Of a stretch of DNA of 64,000 nt, positions 59,613 through 64,000 are shown in pieces; within the stretch, counting starts at the first letter, position 1, and the number at the start of each line of letters is the position of its first letter. The notes under the pieces are model-generated. The model was not told the origin of the DNA. It saw only the letters and a program-made list of their open reading frames with translations, and did not search any database. The stretch lies in the sequence record OZ335963.1; one strand, 5' to 3'. The stretch is from a phage. Both the position numbers and the translations under genes were made by a program.

Positions 59613-60518
59613 TTAAGATTTAAGTAAATCAACAATTTTAATTAACTTTTCACGCTCAGATTTAGCTTTACTACTCAATCCAGATAGTCTGAAAATTTCA
59701 TCATCATATTGTTGAATAGAAATATTCAGCTCTTCAATTTGCTTATTAAAATAATCAATTTGTTCAGAATGTTTTTCATTACTACTAATTGGTACAGGTT
59801 TCGTAGGTAATGTAGTTGAACTGGATTCATCCGGGCGGTAAATTAAAATACAACTTGAACCAATAGGGCATTTTGCACCAGATGAATATTCTAATGTTCC
59901 AGATTCTTTTAAAACTTCAAAAGCTAAACAGAGATGATGCCCCATATTAACATAATCTGTGGAGCGAGCTCTGATGTAATAATCATCGCCACGAATACTA
60001 AATTTAAAGCATTTAAGGTCTTCCGTATTATTGGTCTTAAAAATCATTTGTTTATCTAGACCTTTAGCTAATCGAGCGCCTAATGCTAATAATCGTCGTT
60101 GATTTTCCCACAAATCCGCAATCATTTGATCGAATGATAATTTCGGCATTAGTCGACCATAAAGGTCATATCCTTTATTATAATTACGAAGGATTTCACT
60201 CGCGTTAATACGAGACAATGCTCCAATTTTATTAAGAGCTTTCATAATGCGATTAGATAAACTCATTCCAGACCCATTTGTTCGCTGTAAATGTTTTTCT
60301 AATCCAAATCCAATATCAACTTTAAACTTATCTAAAATTTCTGCATGAACATCTCTGTCGATAACATTCAAATCCAAAGTTGGGTTAAATCTATGAAAAA
60401 ATTTATCTGGCTCTGCACTGCGAAATACAGTCCATTCATTCATCATTTTTTTATTAACTAAAGATTTAATTACTGCATTGACATTATTAATTACTACTGA
60501 CATATTTTCCTCACTCAA
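59613..60518 (-). CDS. paralog-array protein D, 301 aa, C-terminal coiled coil
   Basis: Motif LWENQRRLLALGARLAKGL; tail ...IEELNISIQQYDDEIFRLSGLSSKAKSEREKLIKIVDLLKS. Confidence 0.55.
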   Translation of the reverse strand: MSEENMSVVINNVNAVIKSLVNKKMMNEWTVFRSAEPDKFFHRFNPTLDLNVIDRDVHAEILDKFKVDIGFGLEKHLQRTNGSGMSLSNRIMKALNKIGALSRINASEILRNYNKGYDLYGRLMPKLSFDQMIADLWENQRRLLALGARLAKGLDKQMIFKTNNTEDLKCFKFSIRGDDYYIRARSTDYVNMGHHLCLAFEVLKESGTLEYSSGAKCPIGSSCILIYRPDESSSTTLPTKPVPISSNEKHSEQIDYFNKQIEELNISIQQYDDEIFRLSGLSSKAKSEREKLIKIVDLLKS

Positions 60519-60922
60519 TCAATTTCAATTTTACTAAATATACAGAATAAGATGGAACAGACTATATAAGCACCACACACAGATTGAACTAATACCATTC
60601 CAAAGAACCAAACAATATTATCAAACAATGTCTGTTTTACGTCGAAAGGACGTAAACTTACAGTAATATTATCACCTTTTTCTATTGAAGAATACATCTC
60701 TGGGGAAATATATTCACTAAATCTATAACCGTCTTTGAGTTCATATACGGCAATAAACGATAAACTAGACCCTTTTCCTTGTGTTCCTGTAATGGTATTA
60801 ACTACAGTAACATCATAATCTTTATAATGCATATAATCATTAATTGCGTAATAACCATATGCAACTACTACACATAAACAACATATCAATAAATTCAATC
60901 TTCTAATTATCAACCGTTTCAT
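60515..60922 (-). CDS. membrane protein, 135 aa (N- and C-terminal TM segments)
   Basis: Hydrophobic N-terminus LLICCLCVVVAYGYYAI and C-terminus FFGMVLVQSVCGAYIVCSILFCIF. Confidence 0.5.
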   Translation of the reverse strand: MKRLIIRRLNLLICCLCVVVAYGYYAINDYMHYKDYDVTVVNTITGTQGKGSSLSFIAVYELKDGYRFSEYISPEMYSSIEKGDNITVSLRPFDVKQTLFDNIVWFFGMVLVQSVCGAYIVCSILFCIFSKIEID

Positions 60923-60977
60923 AATAATCTCAATTAAAAGGGCTTAGAACCATTATACCATCCTTGGTATAAAGCGG

Positions 60978-61505
60978 TTATGCGAGTACCGTCTTTAACC
61001 GTTCTTCAAACTTCCGAAGAGTATTTTGGCGTTCAGCTCTTTGCTTTTTGTAAGTTTCAATACGCTCTGAAATGAGAGAGTATCGTTCATTTACTGATTC
61101 TTTCATAAAATCAGGAATTTCACGAGAAGCTTTAATCTCGTCAAATTTATCAATAACAGCTTGCTCTTCAGCAATTAAGTTATCATACATTAAAATATCT
61201 TTCTTGATGAACTCAATATCTTCTTGAGTTACACGAGATAATTTAGATGCTTTATCCTTTTTGTACTGTTCGTTAGTATCACGAGACCAGTGTAATGTAC
61301 GATTTTTATTCGTATTTTTGTAAATTTCTACAATACCGATCTCATCAATAATAACGATCCAATTCCAACGGGATTTGTAAATTTGTCCTCCATCAACAGT
61401 GATTTCACCTCCGATTGAGATGTCATTAAAGAACTTGCTTTGTGCTTCAGATTTAAATTTACCATCATTGTAATTTACCAAGTTGAAAATATCTTTAGCG
61501 TTCAT
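60978..61505 (-). CDS. hypothetical protein, 175 aa, C-terminal coiled coil
   Basis: ORF after early promoter; tail ...ERIETYKKQRAERQNTLRKFEERLKTVLA. Confidence 0.5.
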   Translation of the reverse strand: MNAKDIFNLVNYNDGKFKSEAQSKFFNDISIGGEITVDGGQIYKSRWNWIVIIDEIGIVEIYKNTNKNRTLHWSRDTNEQYKKDKASKLSRVTQEDIEFIKKDILMYDNLIAEEQAVIDKFDEIKASREIPDFMKESVNERYSLISERIETYKKQRAERQNTLRKFEERLKTVLA

Positions 61506-61525
61506 TTTCTGTTCCTCCGTAGTTG

Positions 61526-61555
61526 ATAGAGTAATAATACCACAGAGGAACAGTC
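61526..61555 (-). promoter_or_regulatory. T4 early-type promoter (GTTTAC, 18 bp, TATTAT) with SD-complementary spacer
   Basis: Minus-sense GTTTAC 61550-61555, TATTAT 61526-61531; spacer CTGTTCCTC complementary to downstream SD GGAGGAACAG. Confidence 0.5.
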
Positions 61556-61565
61556 TTGTAAACCA

Positions 61566-61880
61566 CTAAAAGAAACTTCTTTCACAATTTTTTCCACTGA
61601 ACCATGCACTTACCGCTTTCTTAGTCTCAGGAGCAGTGTTATCCATAAACCATTCAAAGGCAGCCTTTTTATGATTCTGGAGGGCTTCTCGGGCTTTAAT
61701 CTGTTCACGGTCTATTAACACTAACATATGAGCCTTTCTTGTCACCATGGGCTTCTTATGATTTTTTGAATACTCCCAATCATTTGTCCATCGCATTGTC
61801 GTTGCGAACTGAAATACTGCTTCTTTAATTTTAGTTTCGTAAATTTCACGAGCCTTTGAGTATAACATCACTACCTCCAT
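61566..61880 (-). CDS. hypothetical protein, ~100 aa
   Basis: ORF. Confidence 0.45.
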   Translation of the reverse strand: MEVVMLYSKAREIYETKIKEAVFQFATTMRWTNDWEYSKNHKKPMVTRKAHMLVLIDREQIKAREALQNHKKAAFEWFMDNTAPETKKAVSAWFSGKNCERSFF

Positions 61881-61969
61881 TCACCAGTTTAATTCTAGTC
61901 ATCTTTTTAATGGCAGTCCATATAATCTATTTCTGAACTGCCTTTTTGTCATAGAAGTCCTCTTATGAA

Positions 61970-62938
61970 TTATTTCAGAAGAGTAACCTCAGCGATTTCT
62001 TCCCAACCGTTTTTGTCGGTCATAATAAAGTCAGCAAGATAAAGAGCAGTACGCAGTGAAACATTGCGTAAACGATTAACATTAACTTTCATCCATGATA
62101 ATGCTTTATAAGTTTCTTCATCAGAAAGACCGCGCTTTTGCATCATGTCAGTTGAAAGAATAACATCTTCAACCCTGACCATAATTTCTTCATTAGTATG
62201 AACACCCAAATCCAAATAAACCGAGCGGGACACTAATGCTTGTAAATGTGGAGCAAGTTTAGTACCACGGTCTAATTCGCGGTCAATGTCAACGTTTGTG
62301 ATAAAAACAATCGTTCCTTTAAATTCAAACTCACGCTCAATGCCTTTTTCTTCTAAGTAAGAAGACGCAGTGCTCCAGCAGACTTTACGGGTCTCTCCAG
62401 TGTCCAGAGCAGCTTTTAGAAGATTAAGAATGTCCATATCAGAGAAAACATCCACATCATCAATCAAAAGGACAGAATTCTCTTCACGATTATTCCAAAG
62501 CTGTTCATAAAGACCAATACCAGAGATTTTACCATTAATGCTTTTATATTCAATGTATCCAATATCATTTGCTTTATTCAAAGCTTTATCTAAAGAATAC
62601 GTTTTACCAATACCTGCTGCGCCAGAGATAATTAATGAACGAATATTTCCATTAATAATACCATTCGTCATCATTCCCATAACATTAAATCTTTTATTAA
62701 TGCGGGTTTTCATATCTTCATACGATTCTTTAACTTCTTCAACTTTTACACCATCATATGAAATATCTGATTTGTAAACCCAAACACCGCGACGTTTACC
62801 GTCAATTTCAACAAAAACTTTACCATCTCCTTGTGCATCTACCGGAGCATTATCTGGGAACCATTCGCCTAAGAGCTCAAAAGTTCCAGAGATTTCTTTA
62901 CCGAAGTAGATACCCTTATTGATAGTTACAGTTTTCAT
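61970..62938 (-). CDS. P-loop NTPase (AAA-like ATPase), 322 aa
   Basis: Start at ATG with GGAG SD; Walker A GAAGIGKT and Walker B LLIDDVD. Confidence 0.6.
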   Translation of the reverse strand: MKTVTINKGIYFGKEISGTFELLGEWFPDNAPVDAQGDGKVFVEIDGKRRGVWVYKSDISYDGVKVEEVKESYEDMKTRINKRFNVMGMMTNGIINGNIRSLIISGAAGIGKTYSLDKALNKANDIGYIEYKSINGKISGIGLYEQLWNNREENSVLLIDDVDVFSDMDILNLLKAALDTGETRKVCWSTASSYLEEKGIEREFEFKGTIVFITNVDIDRELDRGTKLAPHLQALVSRSVYLDLGVHTNEEIMVRVEDVILSTDMMQKRGLSDEETYKALSWMKVNVNRLRNVSLRTALYLADFIMTDKNGWEEIAEVTLLK

Positions 62939-63007
62939 TTTATTCTCCAATTTCACATTTGTTTTGATAGGGTAATAGTATCACACTACTACCCTACTGT
63001 AAACAAT

Positions 63008-63271
63008 TTATTTTAGTGTTTGCCAAATTTTTACTGCTTCGCGACGAGATACTTCTACAGCTCCAAGTTCTACGGCTTTTTGACGTCGGCGAGCATGTAA
63101 GTCATAATGTTTAATGCGTTTATCTTGAAACCAAGAACGTTTCATTCCTATTGCTTCTGCCATTTCATGGAGCTCTTCAATATCTCCATCAGTGAACATA
63201 TGACAATTTTTAGTTAGATGACCGCGAAGTTTCCATCCATGATTCATTAAAACATCTACGTAAACTGTCAT
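63008..63271 (-). CDS. DUF4031-like small protein, 87 aa
   Basis: Motifs HLxxD...ELHxMAEAIGMKRSWFQ...HYDL recalled as DUF4031 signature (from memory). Confidence 0.45.
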   Translation of the reverse strand: MTVYVDVLMNHGWKLRGHLTKNCHMFTDGDIEELHEMAEAIGMKRSWFQDKRIKHYDLHARRRQKAVELGAVEVSRREAVKIWQTLK

Positions 63272-63417
63272 TGATTCTGCTCCAAATATGTTTCTATAAT
63301 TTTCTGAGCGAGATAAACTGCGTTATCTTCAGTTGCGTCTTCTAAGAAATTTTCAAAATAAGCTGAAATTTCTTCTGTGTCAATCAACTTTTTTACTTCA
63401 ATTAACGTAGTTTTCAT
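63268..63417 (-). CDS. hypothetical protein, 49 aa
   Basis: Start at MKTTLIEVKK... after early promoter; track ORF extends through the promoter. Confidence 0.4.
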   Translation of the reverse strand: MKTTLIEVKKLIDTEEISAYFENFLEDATEDNAVYLAQKIIETYLEQNQ

Positions 63418-63451
63418 TTTATTCCCCAAATCCGTATCAGTTGATAGTTGT

Positions 63452-63481
63452 ATAGTACCATAAAGCTTTATGCTTGTAAAC
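63452..63481 (-). promoter_or_regulatory. T4 early-type promoter (GTTTAC, 18 bp, TACTAT)
   Basis: Minus-sense GTTTAC 63476-63481, TACTAT 63452-63457; paralogous to the motA promoter cassette. Confidence 0.55.
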
Positions 63482-63502
63482 CGTTTTGTGAAAAAATTTT
63501 TG

Positions 63503-63530
63503 AAATAAAAAAGGGAGCCCGAAGGCTCCC
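63503..63530 (-). terminator. rho-independent terminator (UUCG-loop hairpin plus U-tract)
   Basis: gggagcc-uucg-ggctccc hairpin followed by TTTTTTATTTC on minus strand. Confidence 0.6.
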
Positions 63531-63532
63531 TA

Positions 63533-64000
63533 TCATTTATAATAACTTCGGTGGTTTTCAAGATAAACCCTCTCAAGGAAGTCATCCCAGAAACCCATGT
63601 CTACTTTTTGCTGCATACCGTTCTTAGAAGCTTCAATAGATGCTGCTTCTACTTGATCGACCACATCTTCCAAAAACTCTTGAACAGTTTTAAATGGATG
63701 TTTACCCAACTTCACGTCGAGAATAAATGGAGCGTCTTGAAGTGGATAGACTAAGTCACCAGTTTTGTAAATTTCCAATAGTTGGAGTCCGCCACGACAA
63801 GCATGACTTAGAGCTTTCCAGTCAATGCCCTCATTCGCTTCAGCCTTACGAGCGCGTTCGCCGTATTCAGCATCTAATTTGTTCAGTGACTGCTTAAGCT
63901 CGATAAGAGAAAGCGTTGTCTGATATTTACGGCCCAACACAGTGTAGAACGTTTGTGGGCCTGTTTTCTCATGATTATGGAATACCCATTCACAGAATTC
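63533..64000 (-). CDS. hypothetical protein, partial (5' end beyond window)
   Basis: Frame open from the window edge to stop at 63533; terminator immediately downstream. Confidence 0.5.
   Translation of the reverse strand, partial: EFCEWVFHNHEKTGPQTFYTVLGRKYQTTLSLIELKQSLNKLDAEYGERARKAEANEGIDWKALSHACRGGLQLLEIYKTGDLVYPLQDAPFILDVKLGKHPFKTVQEFLEDVVDQVEAASIEASKNGMQQKVDMGFWDDFLERVYLENHRSYYK

Noticed and set aside
5073-62777. Plus-strand track ORFs scattered through the minus-strand early region (e.g. 5073-5270, 6246-6596, 14018-14227, 15246-15812, 17112-17817, 41310-41726, 52017-52241)
   Set aside because: Each lies antisense inside a well-supported minus-strand gene and lacks an SD; AT-rich DNA readily produces such shadow frames. 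Only 27594-27794 sits in a genuine gap with a strong SD.
1-64000. tRNA genes, rRNA genes, integrase or prophage junctions
   Set aside because: No cloverleaf-like conserved segments, rRNA-like regions or recombinase ORFs were recognised; the content is lytic T-even early and late genes throughout. A tRNA scan was not possible by eye with certainty.

Overview
This window is a contiguous segment of a T-even (T4-like, Tevenvirinae) phage genome, closer to T2/T6 than to T4 itself. All protein identifications rest on my reading and recall of the translated ORFs plus gene order; no database search was run. The window opens inside long-tail-fiber gene 37 (+ strand), followed by a T2-type glycine-rich gp38 adhesin and holin t. 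Everything after that is on the minus strand in canonical T4 early-region order: asiA, arn, motA, 52, stp, ndd, denB, rIIB, rIIA, an unsplit gene 39, dexA, dda, modA, modB, soc, 56, 61, sp, 41, 40, uvsX, a GT-A glycosyltransferase where T4 has beta-gt, 42, imm, 43, regA, 62, 44, 45, rpbA, 46, 47, alpha-gt, 55, nrdG, nrdD, 49, nrdC and the variable region beyond nrdC. Dozens of small accessory ORFs fill the gaps. Recurrent early promoters (GTTTAC, 18-bp spacer, TAnnAT) and UUCG-tetraloop hairpins/terminators punctuate the minus strand. The most unusual items are a tandem array of four paralogous ~300-340 aa genes with coiled-coil C-termini followed by a membrane protein, a P-loop ATPase and a DUF4031-like ORF (56.5-63.3 kb); a perfect 255-bp tandem duplication inside an ORF next to modB; an apparently frameshifted ac-like gene; an HNH endonuclease with an antisense hydrophobic mini-ORF between genes 56 and 61; and inverted repeats in promoters that would sequester the downstream Shine-Dalgarno in read-through transcripts. 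No rRNA, tRNA, CRISPR array or integrase was seen.
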